Source: Chrysemys picta bellii
Lineage: Eukaryota
NCBI RefSeq assembly: GCF_011386835.1
Contig: NC_088804.1
Span: forward strand, 29,016,001-29,080,000
Direction of reading: 5' to 3'
DNA: 64,000 nt
A program made the position numbers and the translations under genes. Below the pieces are notes generated by a model. It was not told where the DNA came from. It did not search any database and saw nothing but the letters and a program-made list of their open reading frames with translations. This document shows positions 23,162-35,300 of the stretch, in pieces; the stretch's first letter is position 1; each line of letters begins with the position of its first letter.

Positions 23162-24025
23162 TGAAAAATTGGTAAATATTATGTACAATTATAGACCTTC
23201 CCTAAATGTTTCTTCTCAGATGCACATTTGTAAATGTTTTCTGATCTTGCCCTTATATTTTCTTCATCGTCATTTCCTGGGCTGCCCTTTCTTAAATAAA
23301 ATGTATAGCTCTCTGCTTGCCCTAGGGCCATCTGCAGCAAGCTATCAAAGGCCTTCCTCTTTCCCTTTGTGTCTTTCAGCATTCTGGGTAGTAATTTATC
23401 GGGGCTGGGGAACTGTCAATTCCTAATAGTTCTAATTGCCTCATCTGCTCTGCTGCAATTGCAAAAACATAATATTTGGTCAGTTATTATGTCAGTCTCG
23501 TCTGGCTGTTAAATGAACTTACTTAATTGGGTACTTTTACTTTTCTTATTACGTTTCTATATTCAATTTGTTTGGTGTACTATTCTACCCATATTATAGA
23601 TGGGAAGACTGAGGCACAAACACCCTCCTCAGTGGGTTCAGAGCCCTCCCCCCACATTGCCACCAGAAGTACTGCTGTGGTTCTTCTCTGTATATTGCGG
23701 TCCAGATTTAGGGAGACCCTGTGGGGTTGCAATCATCTGTGCAGCTGGACACAGAATTGTTGGGGATGAGGCAGTGGTGTGTTTGGGGATGGAGGATTTG
23801 CTACCAAGTGAATCAGATGGTTCTTGCCCTCAGAAAAGGTGATTGAGGGCACTAGAGTATCATTGATAGAGTGACTATGCCCCCATTCTAGAGTTTATTG
23901 TTTCTTCCGGTGCAGATGTTCAGCACCTAGCCAAGCTAACTGTATTGAATGCTGGGGAGATAATTTTCCCCAAGCTGACTGGATGAAGGTCTCCAAGAAA
24001 GACAGTAAGAGAACTGGAAGACAAA

Positions 24026-24132
24026 GGCATAATCTACACTAGAAAATAAGGTCAACTTAACTACTTCAGTGAGGGATGTGAAAATCATTGTAGATAGTGT
24101 CTATGCTGTAAAGTTTTAAGTGTAGACATACC
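24026..24132. mobile_element. Short PIF/Harbinger-type MITE
   Basis: Ends GGCATAATCTACACT / AGTGTAGACATACC. Confidence 0.65.
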
Positions 24133-24529
24133 TACAGTCTTATGTCTCAGTCTTATTCTCCAACCCCTAAAGTAACTCTTTCTTGCTCATCACATTCTAC
24201 TCTGCATAGTACCTTTTCATCATAGGCCAGTATTTTTCTTTACTTTATCAGAGTCACAACTAGAAATACAAACCATTTTCACTTAAGAACATTAGGTGCC
24301 AAGTCAAAGAATAGTTTGCCCTGGGTCATACTTAAGAGCAATAAAAAAGAAAAACTTCCTTATACTGTTTTTCTCTTCAATCACTGTGTGAACCTGCCTT
24401 TCCACATCAACACAGAGCTCAGGGATTTAATTTATATTTGATTTCACTCTTGACTTATACATGTGCTACAGTACAATTAATCTGTGCAGCTTTTCCATTA
24501 TATCTCATCTAATGAATAAAGTTTATTTA

Positions 24530-24730
24530 TTGGTGATAGAGGGGAACTGGGTTCTCTTCCCCAGTAATTTGACTCTTTCTGTGACCTCTGTGCCTCAATG
24601 CACCCTTTTATTAAAATGGGCACAAAAATAATACTTACCTTACAGAGGAGTGGGAGGCTATTTAATATCTGTAAAGTGCTTTGAGATTCTGAGAAAAATT
24701 TGCTATGTAAGTACAAACTATTATACTGTT
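24530..24730 (+). mobile_element. MIR/CORE-type SINE, decayed
   Basis: CTCTGTGCCTCAATG...AAAATGGG...AATACTTACCT...GTAAAGTGCTTTGAGAT core and tail. Confidence 0.55.
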
Positions 24731-25156
24731 ATTAATGATTTTGCTCAATGTTTCCTGCTTCTTACCCACATTTTTCATTCTTAAAATTTAATACTTTTTT
24801 TTCTTTTGGCTTTCATTTTATATTTACTTTATATTAAACTTCAAAAAATTACGTCTCCATAAGGAAGATTTTTAAATTTAAGATTTAAGATTATCAAATT
24901 TTTTTGTCAATCACAAAACAAACTAAACTGTAACCTAATCTTCCTTAGCTTAATTTTCTTCAAATGTGGCACTTAGCACTGACTGTAACATTGCTTCTTT
25001 CACTGTCAGCTGATATACCTTAAATTATTCCTGCGCTGTTCCACAGACAATTCTCTAGCCTTATTTCTTCCACCCTATGTACTCTGTTGAAGGAAGATCT
25101 GGGTAATTACAATCACCAATTAGCACCACTCTGCTTCTTCCTTATTCTTTCCAATT

Positions 25157-25348
25157 TGCGAGAAGCCGCAGCCAGCACATCGCTCGCTTGCGCCGCTTCT
25201 TGCCCCCCCCATTGGCCCGGGATGGCGAACCGCGGCCAGTGGAGGCTGTGATCGGCCAAACCTGCCACGTCAGCAGGTAAATAAAACTGGCCCGGCCCGC
25301 CAGGGTGCTTACCCTGGTGAGCCGCGTGCCGAACGTTGCTGACCCCTG
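25157..25348 (-). mobile_element. One-ended hAT MITE, same family as 22884-23080
   Basis: Right end GTTGCTGACCCCTG; about 89% identical by hand count to the reverse complement of 22884-23062; other end truncated. Confidence 0.9.
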
Positions 25349-26414
25349 GGTTAGGGCCACTGACCAAAATATGGGGGTCATCTGAGATATCGTCCCAGAA
25401 ACAAACCAGCATTTCATTAAATTCACAGGTTGCAGCAACTTTAAAGTCTGAAACCCACCCTGGATAGAAGTCTAAGAATGACCTGTAAACATCTGCTTAG
25501 GTCAAGGTTGTGTTGGGTTTTTTTTTTTTGGTTGGTTGATTTTTTAGTGACATCGTCCGAGTACAGCAGAATATTCAGAAGATATTGAAAAGAAAATAAA
25601 TTGCACATGCTACGGCTCATTGGGAGCTGAGGATGATTAGGCATGCAAGAGTAGGTGGTAATTGGATTTTGTGTTTGCAGAGAGGAGTGGGTAAGATAAA
25701 TGGGAATGGGCTCATAGTGAGGGAAAGAAGAGGTGCTGGTAAGGGGAAGAATTGGGGGCGGGGGGGGGTGGAAAGGTAGAAGATAGGATGGGTTGAAGAA
25801 TATGAGGGGTAGCAGAGGAAGATGGGGTTGTCAGCCTTGAATTCTCCCCTTCCACGTGTGTACTGGGAACTGGGGGAGCACTACCTCTCTGCAGGGGTCT
25901 GAATCTCCCTCCTGCCCACTGTGTGATCTGGGGAACCTTGCTTCTCTTGGGGTATCTGAGCCCTTCTCCCGGCCCCGCCATCTGAAATCCAGAAAATGAA
26001 TAGTTAAGATAAACATCACCCCTGCATGCGGTGAACTGGGCTGGCCCGCGTGTGTTTGACGGGGAGGGCCCGGTTTGGAAGAGGAATAGACTGGGTGGAC
26101 CTGGGGAATGGCTGGGGAAGCCTGTCTGAAGCAAGGGCACGACTCAGCATATAGCTCAGCCAGCTCAGTATATAGCTTGGATTACATAATGAAGGCCTGT
26201 GCCTGCTGCCTGCAAAATGTGTACACAGCAGCATAAGGCAGGAGTCAGCAAGGAACAACTTATTATATGTTACTGGCTTCTACAGTGCCAACTAATGGCT
26301 TAATGGGACAGGATGGACTGGGGGAGCTGGAAATGTTGGCAGGGGCCTACATGTTGTGCGGAATGATGGGATAAACGGGTGGATGAGGAGAGACACACGC
26401 GTCTCACAATTAAA

Positions 26415-26632
26415 GGCCAGGTCTACACTTAAAAATTGGATCAACCTAGCTAAGTCACTCAGGTCAGTGAAAAATTTCACACCCTGTGTGTGGCAGTTAG
26501 GTCTAACTCCCTGTGTAGACATGGGTAGGTAACAAAAGAGTTCTTCCATCAGTCTAGGTACTGCCTCTCAGGGCGTAGATTAACTTCATCAATGGGGAAA
26601 AAAATCCATAGATGTAGGAAACATCTACTCTA
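26415..26632. mobile_element. PIF/Harbinger-type MITE, right end eroded
   Basis: Left end GGCCAGGTCTACACTT, internal GTGTAGAC repeats. Confidence 0.6.
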
Positions 26633-26790
26633 AAAAAACTGTCAAGGGGATATAGCTCCTAGATGAGATTTCACTCACCAGCTCTGTTAGCAACTATACA
26701 TCCCAAACAATTCAAAGCATTACCATTCTCCCCATTCTGCTACAACAAAATGTACAGGAGAGGGAGCAGCACTTAGGAATCCCATAGCTA

Positions 26791-26968
26791 CCGTGTGGCC
26801 TAGTGGAAAGACTACTGGACTGGGACTATTTCTACTTCTGCCACTGGCCTGCTTTGTGACATTGGGCAAGTCATGTCAGCTCTCTGTGCCTCAGTTTCCC
26901 ATCTGTAAAATGAGGATAATAACGTAAAGTTATTTGATATCTAATGACAAAAATTACTACATAAAAGC
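26791..26968 (+). mobile_element. MIR/CORE-type SINE
   Basis: A box TGGCCTAGTGG (26796-26806); core GTGACATTGGGCAAGTCA...CTCTGTGCCTCAGTTTCCCCATCTGTAAAATG. Confidence 0.8.
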
Positions 26969-26970
26969 TA

Positions 26971-27245
26971 GGGCTTAAAAAGGCTACACTTAAAAGTTAG
27001 GTCAAGATAGGCACTTCAGTGTGAGGTGTGAAAAAATATCTCCCTAGCATAGCTATGCCGACCTAATCCCCAGCGTAGATGCAGCTATATGGATGGAAGA
27101 AGGCTTCTGTCGACACCACTAAACTTGTTCGAGGAGGTAATGTTCCTACACTGACAGAAAAATCCCTTCAGTTGGTGTAGGCTTCTACACCACTGGTTAT
27201 GCCTGCATAGCTAAGCCAAGTGATCTCTGATGTGTAGACACAGAC
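26971..27245. mobile_element. PIF/Harbinger-type MITE
   Basis: CTACACTTAAAAG near the left end, GTGTAGACAC at the right end; interior related to 26415-26632. Confidence 0.6.
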
Positions 27246-29199
27246 AAGTCTTTTGACTATTACCTAGCCACAGTAACATGTCAACTGCAAACCTCTGTGA
27301 GGACTACAACTGCTTGAATGACCACTAACTCCTAGCAATAAAGATTTCTCTTTATGTTTTAAAAGCTAGGGATTTAAATGGCAAAACATTCATTAACACA
27401 CTGGTAGCCCAGTGGTAGCTTGCGCCTTTCCAATTTGAAGGTCAGCAAAACTCAAACTTTTGAAAACCAGGAAATTTTGCATATGTCTTCACAGTGTGGA
27501 GGGGGAGGAGGAGGGGACATAGTAGCAAGTCTCAGGACCTCGGTCAACTGACTCAGGCTTATGGGATTTGTGTATGGGGTGAAAATGACAGTGTAGATAT
27601 CCCACTCAGACTGGAGCCCATACTCTGATATGCACCAAGAGGGAGGGTTAGAATAAACACAACCTTAACTCTGCCCTCTTTAAGCAATACTCCACAACAA
27701 ACATGCTTTACTCATCCTTTTCTCTATTATTATTATTATTTCTCCACCATTCAACACAGCTACACCTAAAAATAATTTGCAGCTGGAATGCATGCAAATG
27801 ATTCCCAGTGGCTCTTGCTAGCTCAAGGGGAGCAGAGTTAAGGTTGCTTACGCTAACTCTATATTTACCTTAAATCTGTTTCAAGTTTTGTCCTGGAAGG
27901 GCATAAACTATCACCGGGCAACCTTAACTCCACATTAATGACTTTTTTGCCATTTAATCTTTATCTTGCACATAACTCTAGGTCTCCTGCTTTCTTTGTG
28001 GAAAGTACTACAGACATATTGAAAGTGGTTCAAAAAACGGTCACATATAAATCCACACTAGTATGCAGTTACAAAGGCTTCAGGATAAAAAAACATAGCT
28101 GCACATAAGAACAATTTTGACTGTTAAATGAGAAAATGAGGATGGCTACATTTATTAAAAAAAAAAAACCTCACTGTACCTGATTTGCCAAGCACTGCAC
28201 ATTTAATCCCAGCATATATGCCACGGTATAGTTAACACGGTTGTCAACAGAAAGCCTGCTTAATAGCAAAAATAATTCTTGAAAATTATCTGATTATACA
28301 TTTTCTTTTTCATTAAACATTTTGAAGTGAAGATGGAAGACAGACGCACTGATGAAGATTAAATGGAATAAGGCTGAATTTGTGAAACAACTCTGGGCAT
28401 CCTAAATCTTCCTATGGGTAGCATACGTAAACAGGGTGATGATTCATCTTCACTAAAGACTCCACATTAGTTTATGTAGAGTGGTTGAGAGGGTCCAATT
28501 TTTCCATGTCAGAATGCACATCCACAGTCCTTTTTTTCCTTTAATAGATTATCTCTCTTCACTTCTTCTTGTCCAAGTGCCTGTTTTCTATCCTGTAGAG
28601 GTGTGCATTCAAAAGGCAGGACATGGCTTGAAAACATATTATTTCTGATGATCAGTGATGTTTTCTGGGTAGACACAACTTGTCTGGAATAAAGGGAAGA
28701 TATTCTGGTGGATAAGGATGTGATAGAAACACTTCCAAAGTGTGGGGAGTGTTTGGCACCAGTTGGTGGGTAACTTGAGACTTGTGTTTTGTGGAAAGTT
28801 CTGCAGTCCAATGTGCCCAGCTTTCATTTCCTCTGCCAGGCTGAGCTCTTATCAACAGTTGTCAGTTGCCAAAAGAGATCAGTTACTGACTCCTTGGCCC
28901 TTTAAGACTTCAACAGCTGTCTATTAGACAGTTAGCAAAATTCCTCCTCCTGCACCTAAGCTGTCAGTGGAATTGCTCAAGAAGTAATTGAAGGATGTTC
29001 AGTGGCTTCTGGGAATTCATTCTCCAGATGGTGATTGGCATATATAGCAGATGTGTGTGGCAACCTTTATGACTCCACTCCTTGGGAATGGGTAGATATA
29101 GCTGGCTGAAACTGACTGTATATCACCTCAGGAATCAAAAAGAAAAAAAGCATACATGATTGTGAATAACTGGTAAACTGCAGTTTCTAAGGGCTCTTC

Positions 29200-29450
29200 A
29201 GTTGTGAAAGCAATTTTGCCCTGGATAAGAATCTCAAGCAGAAATTTTTCGCACTTGAAGTTTTTTTCACTGAAAAAAGTATGAACAATTTTCAACATTA
29301 CTGAATTTTTCAGGTTTTTACAAAATTTTCTGTAATATTTTTTATCAAAATCACATTTAAACATTTTTGGTGTGCAGAAAACCTGATTTTTCAGTAAAAG
29401 AAAAATTTCAAAACAGATTTTGGTAAAAGTTTCAGTAAACAAAATCTGGA
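29200..29450. repeat. AT-rich, loosely palindromic decayed element
   Basis: Recurrent TTTTCAG / CTGAAAA / AAAATTTT words; explains ORF 29128-29442. Confidence 0.4.
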
Positions 29451-31082
29451 AGGAAATTCACAGCAGAACAGAAAATGGATCCATTTTGAACCATGTGAAA
29501 GGAAAATAGCTTTCAAATTTTGCAATTTGTTAGCTGCTTGTTTCCCCTGTTTGGCCGGCTCTGCTGTTGAGCTTCTCAACTCTGCTTGGCATTGGCAGGA
29601 CCGGGAGACCCAGTAATTGAGCAGCTTTATAGGATAATGAGGACTATGAGGAAGCACACAACAGCAATTCTATGGAGATTAGGAAACGTGCTCTCATTTA
29701 GAAATCAGCTACTTACAACATCGTCGCAGCTCCCAGTACTCCTTCAGGTTGCATATCTTGATCCATGCACACAATCCCATACTGTTCAGGAGCTTCTGAG
29801 GTTATGTCAGCTAGAACTGTGGGCCTGATGTGGATTGAAGCCCAAAGCGAGGCTTACTTCAGACTATGGAACAGGAACTAAGGTACAGTATAAAATCTGA
29901 GATATACTTAAGGCTATGGCATTTGGCGACTAATAAAAGCTGGTCAGGGACCCTGGCCAGCTCTAGGATCGACTGAGACCAAGAACATTTATGGATTAGG
30001 AGCTCTGCAGCTTCTCTAAGCTTGGGGTGGGGGAAAGCCCTGGAGAGCTTAGTTGCTTTAACTTAGCTCCAGAGATAAATAATCATACATTTCCCAAGAT
30101 TTCTCTTTAAAAACCTCATTTCACAGATGCTGCATCTTGTTCTAATCTGGAAATGTTCACAGTGCCCTGTGATATGTCTTACTTGCTTTGCTTCTTTTAC
30201 CATAACTTTCTATGTAGGAATTAAAATGTTGATCATGTACAAAAACAAAATGGGTTTTAAAAGGAAAGTTCAGGCCTGGCAGTAATGGGATGATGAACAG
30301 CTTCCTTTATCAGAGAACAAAAAGTGGCCACGAACTTGCTACACCAATGAGAGGGCCACTGGAGGTGTGAGACAGGCATTCTATACATTTGAAAGCAAGA
30401 ATATTTTGTCACGCTGTCATAAGATACAGTTTCTAATGGATAGTTAAATAACCTTTCCTTTCATCCCTCCAGTGTAAAAGATGAAAATCTTTTAAGACCT
30501 GGAGTCCCAAAGAAATGTAAATACAACGTATTCACTGCTGACATTTCAAAAGATTTTTGTCCCACCAGCGAAGACAGCTATTCTCTATTATCAGGTTTCC
30601 TGTCAGTCATGTTGATTAAAGTTGATAAACACTGCAAGCCACTTGGGGTAGGCTAAAGGACACAAAAGAGAAATGTAACTTACTTGAAAGGGACCATATT
30701 TCTTGGGAAAAGAAAAAGCAGCCCATACTTGCCTGTATCCAAAAGAACAAATTCCCTTCTTTAAAAAATATCTTTTCTGAGTTTTCCTAGAAGTATTACA
30801 TATGTGTCTAGTGTAATTAATTGTAACAGTGCCATGCATGGACAAAACTGTGCAGAACTAGCTCAGTTTCCATGCATTCATAAGCTATTATGTTTGGCTA
30901 GCCCACTGGGAAAGTGGCAGCTTGCCATACAGATTGCTGAAAATTCTGGGTCTAGAGATAGCCATATATTAGAAAGCATGAGCCTATGTATATGAAAACA
31001 TTATGCTGTGTTTTGCAGGACTAAGGGGTCAGTTCCACTACAGGCTAAGCCACTAAAGACTGCCATATAAAAGAAATTCTCT

Positions 31083-32035
31083 TGTAACAGGGTGGCCTGT
31101 CCCATAGGCTGGAAAGCCTGGAGCTAAGCCAAACTGATTCCAGAATGAGCCTATTATAGGGAAATCGGACAATTCCCTATAAAGAGTGGAACGCAGCTGC
31201 AGTAAATTGGAAGCGCCAGGCTAAAGTTGTGACAAAGACTATTTGGAGAAAGAGCTGGACTGAGAGCCAGGTCGGAAGCTCAGAGCAGGAAGGAAAGCTC
31301 TCCAGTAAGAGAGGCCTGGGAGGTTCTGTCTACAATTCAGTAAAAAAAACCCACGGCACCAAGTCTCAGACCCCAGGTCAGTCAACTCAGGCTCACAAGG
31401 CTTGGGCTGTGGGGATAAAACTTACAGTGTAGAAGTACTGGCTTGAGCTGGAGCCTTGTCTTTGAGACCCTCCCCCTTGCAGTGTCTCAGACCTGGGGCT
31501 ACAGCCTGAGCCCAAACATTTACACTGTAATTTTTAGCCCCCAATCTGAGACCTCCGAGGCTGAGTCAGCTGACCTGGGCTGAGCCATGCCATGGGTCTT
31601 TTATTACAGTTTAAATATACCTGAACAGGCCCTGATTAAAGCATAGAAGACACAGTGTAAGGGAAGGAGCAGACCTAGTTTTTCAGTACAGGGTCCTGGG
31701 CCAGAACCCAGAGCAAAGGGTGGCCCCCAACAAAGTGGGTGGACAAGCCCATTGCAAGTGTTATCAAACCCAGCAGCAGTGCTGCAGGCTAAGCCCTGAA
31801 GACAAGCTGAGTATTAGCCCCAGAGAGTGTGAAAAGATATTGTTTGTAAAGACATGTTGGGACTTTTAATTTGGACAACTGTGACCCCAGAAGGATGGAC
31901 TGAAGGTGGTGACCTAGCCGGAGGGCTGAGACACTGGAAGCGAAGCCACCAGAGCTGGAGTAACCATTGGTAGGTGGGCACTAGAGAAGTGAGAGTGCTG
32001 CTGCACCATGACTGCCCATGAGGGGGCACCTTACA
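31083..32035 (+). mobile_element. Solo LTR (Gypsy-like) interrupted by a MITE
   Basis: TGTAACAG start, CCTTACA end, TATAAA at 31178-31183; no TSD found. Confidence 0.6.
31322..31622. mobile_element. PIF/Harbinger-type palindromic MITE inside the LTR
   Basis: Ends GGTTCTGTCTACA / CAGTTTAAATATACCC; flanks GGA / TGA; a related fragment lies at about 27500-27640. Confidence 0.75.
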
Positions 32036-32310
32036 GTGATTGGACTTGTTTACACCTCCATAAATACATAAAATGGACAAGTTCAGTTTATCATCATATA
32101 TAGGGGTCTTATTAGTCATAGGGATTCAGGTAACCACTACATATTAACATATCCACACATGAATTTCAGCACAAATGATTATTCATAGCCAGCTGAAATT
32201 TCATATAGGAAAAGCTTTGTTTGCTATCCAATCCAAGAACAGAAATAAAATTGTGCAACAGAGCTAACCAATCACATAACATGAACTGCCAATAGTTGAA
32301 GCTAGATGCG

Positions 32311-32394
32311 GTGTTGTTGTAGATACGTTGGTCCCAGGATATTAGACAGAGACAGGGGCTTAGATAATATCTTTCATTGCACTAACTTCTATTG
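32311..32394 (+). mobile_element. Penelope-like pLTR fragment (second subfamily)
   Basis: GTGTTGTTGTAG...GTTGGTCCCAGGATATTAGA...ATAATATCTTT..ATTG..CTAACTTCT matches a recalled turtle Penelope terminus. Confidence 0.6.
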
Positions 32395-35300
32395 AAGCTA
32401 AGAGTTTGTGAACAATCCATAGTTTGAAAATTATTTGTCCCAACTATTCAGTGAATATTTTAAGGAAAAACCAAGCTCGGTTTGTGAACAATTTACTAAC
32501 CAAAAGGGGGCTAAATTAGTCATAAATATGATAAATGATGAATAGATCTATCAGTTATAATACAACTTAAAATAAGGCAGTTGTTTCTTCACTCTTCTGA
32601 CTACTATTGGTACTTACTCTTCACATAATTAACACCAAATATGAACATGACACTTTCAGTGGTCGGATGCGGAACAGGAGCCAATGAAGAAATCATCATA
32701 CCAGCATCAAGGGCTCTGATTCAACAGGATGCTTAAGCATATGTCTAGCTTTAAGCATCTGAATAGCCCCATTGGACTTCCATTAGACTTTAGCAGAACG
32801 ACTCAAATGCTTAACATTAGGCATGTATGTAAGTTGGAATGTTATAATTATATTTTTTTTTCCATGGGACCTGCTATTCTTGAGTGTGTCACATTTTCCA
32901 GGACTGTAATTTCACTTTTTTTTAATTTTGATTCATTATAAATTAGATTACTTAAAATTGGACAAAAATAATTAAATAGAAACTTGAATCCAAATTGTGA
33001 TTTTTTTTTTCAGAAAAAAGAGGCACCTGAAAAATATAATAGTTACTAAGTGATAGAAGAAGTAAAAGTGGAACTAAATTATTGATAATTAAATTAAACT
33101 TAAAAAAATATTTATAATAATTGATTAATTAATTTCATTATGTGGCTATAAAAGTATTTGATGACCCATACATTTTTGGCTAATAGCATGAACTCTACTA
33201 CCAGTGGAATATATTGATTTAAATTCATGGCAACTTTTTAAACAAAGTCCTGCAGTGCCTAAATCATCCCAAATGATGTAGGATCAGAAATTCTGAACTA
33301 AGCCCAGTTGGCTTTAGTATTTAAGACCATCACGTGTGCATTTACCTTTCTGAAGTTATTGTTTAGCTACATATTTCCTACAACAGCTGGAGTAGCTGAA
33401 AATTAAAATGTTCTAAAACTACATTAAATTTCTGACAAACAAGAGAAAAAGAAATCCAGCCCCACTCTTGTGATTTTTCTGGCACACAATTGGGTTTTGT
33501 TAGAACGAGATTTAAAAAAAATATATATATATGCAGGGTGCCAAGATGAGTAGGTCTATTTAAGAATTTCACAGACTTATATCAGAAGAAATCTGGCTTA
33601 CTAAAAAAAACTAATAAACCCATAAAACAACTTTAATTCAGGCACATTAGGCCTATTTCTTCATATGAATTCTTATCAATCACAGGATCACACAGATCTC
33701 AGCCATAATACAAAGACTGATGGGTATTTTTCCATATACTCAAGTATAATATTCACAAAACCATGACATAATTGGATAAATTACAAATATCTTTTATAGC
33801 CCATCTGTTAGGCTTTAAAAGGGAATTCTCAGTTCTGGTCAAGCTGAAAGAATCAAGGTAGGACAACAGCGGATTTAGAAATGCACTTTACAATAGTCAG
33901 GGTCCTCTTTGGTAGTGATTTGTGCACCCCATGCAACCCAAGGACTTTAACTTTGAAAATCTCACCTCTATTCTTTTTTCCTATACACAGTCCTTTCTGA
34001 ATGCATTTTGGCTTTTCAGAGCTTCCTCTTCTGCAGTTCTCAGGTCTTTTTCTACCATTGATTAACACTATATTGCTGTGATAAACTCTTAACAACTGTC
34101 TAACTCCAAATGGTTTTAGCCAGTTTGATTTAGATAAGGCAAAGGTTGAAATCCCAACCCTATTAAAGTCAATAGTTTGGAAAAAAAATAGTGGGATCTG
34201 TTTGAGGTTGAATTGTCATCATTTTTCACTACGAAAAATAGAACATGCTGTTGGAAATTGCAACAAGTTTTATAAAAACTTGCAAAAAATCTCTAGATTT
34301 CTTGAATGCATAAATGCGTGAAGCCTATTGTTGCATAGCCCTAGTCAATGGTCTCTGTATTTTATAGCTGCCAAATTAACTTTCATTTCAATGATAGATT
34401 TTCTTATTGGATTAGGGTATTATGTGCACAACAGAGTCAAGAAAAATTCATCGTTACAGCCTACTAGTCTACCAAGACAGCTTAAAATGTTTATAATATA
34501 CCAAATATATGAAGAGCACCTTGAGTATTCAGAAACAATTATGGCAATGATAACTGCAAAGGAAATGAAGCAAAATGTGCAAAATTTATCTTCATGTACA
34601 GTTTTCTACATAATAAAATGGCCTCAATTTATCTTAGTTCTTTTTCTGTTAGACTGATTAGTTAACTGACTTCAGAAGCAAAATATGAACTAGCTGACAA
34701 ATTGTTCTCTTTGGCTTTTGTGCAGTCCAAGAGTAAATATCAAACATTATGCTTAATCATTTAAAATAGCAGTTCTGGCTACAACTAATGACATGGAGTA
34801 AATTAATAAAAATTTGCAAACACTTTGTAGAATTGAGGTTTATTTTATATGCATTAAATGAATAAATGAATACAAGTCCCCAAGTTGCACCATACTTATG
34901 ACTCTGTTGAATTAAACATATTTCACAGTTTTAAAGGAAGCAACAGAAATCGACTTGCAAGATTAAGTATGACAGCATGTAGAAACTTTTTAAAAATTAA
35001 CTCACTCAGTGCAGAGCACGGTAGCCTTGAAAGTAAAATACACATGAATGTTCAGCCCTGCCTTCATTAGCTTAAATCACTTTGCTGATTCTTCAGAATG
35101 ATTTGCCTAACAACTACAATCTCCGTTTCCGGGAAGAGTGTCCTTAGGGACTCAGTACATAAGAGCATTAGTTGTATCTCTGAAGACCATGGTTCAAACA
35201 AACCTTGGTTAGGGCAAGACAGAAAAATGTGTTTGGTGACCTCATCCTGATCCCCCAGTGGGCATTTGTCTAGATCATAAAACATCCACATTATGGATCA

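Noticed and set aside
28349-28390. CTGATGA...GAAA hammerhead-like spacing
   Set aside because: No stem II can form between the motifs.
28300-29040. Pseudogene-like block with several 60-100-aa ORFs (one ending KKDCGCAF)
   Set aside because: No family recognised in any frame; a faint L2-endonuclease-like AGH/TLD hint is too weak to call.
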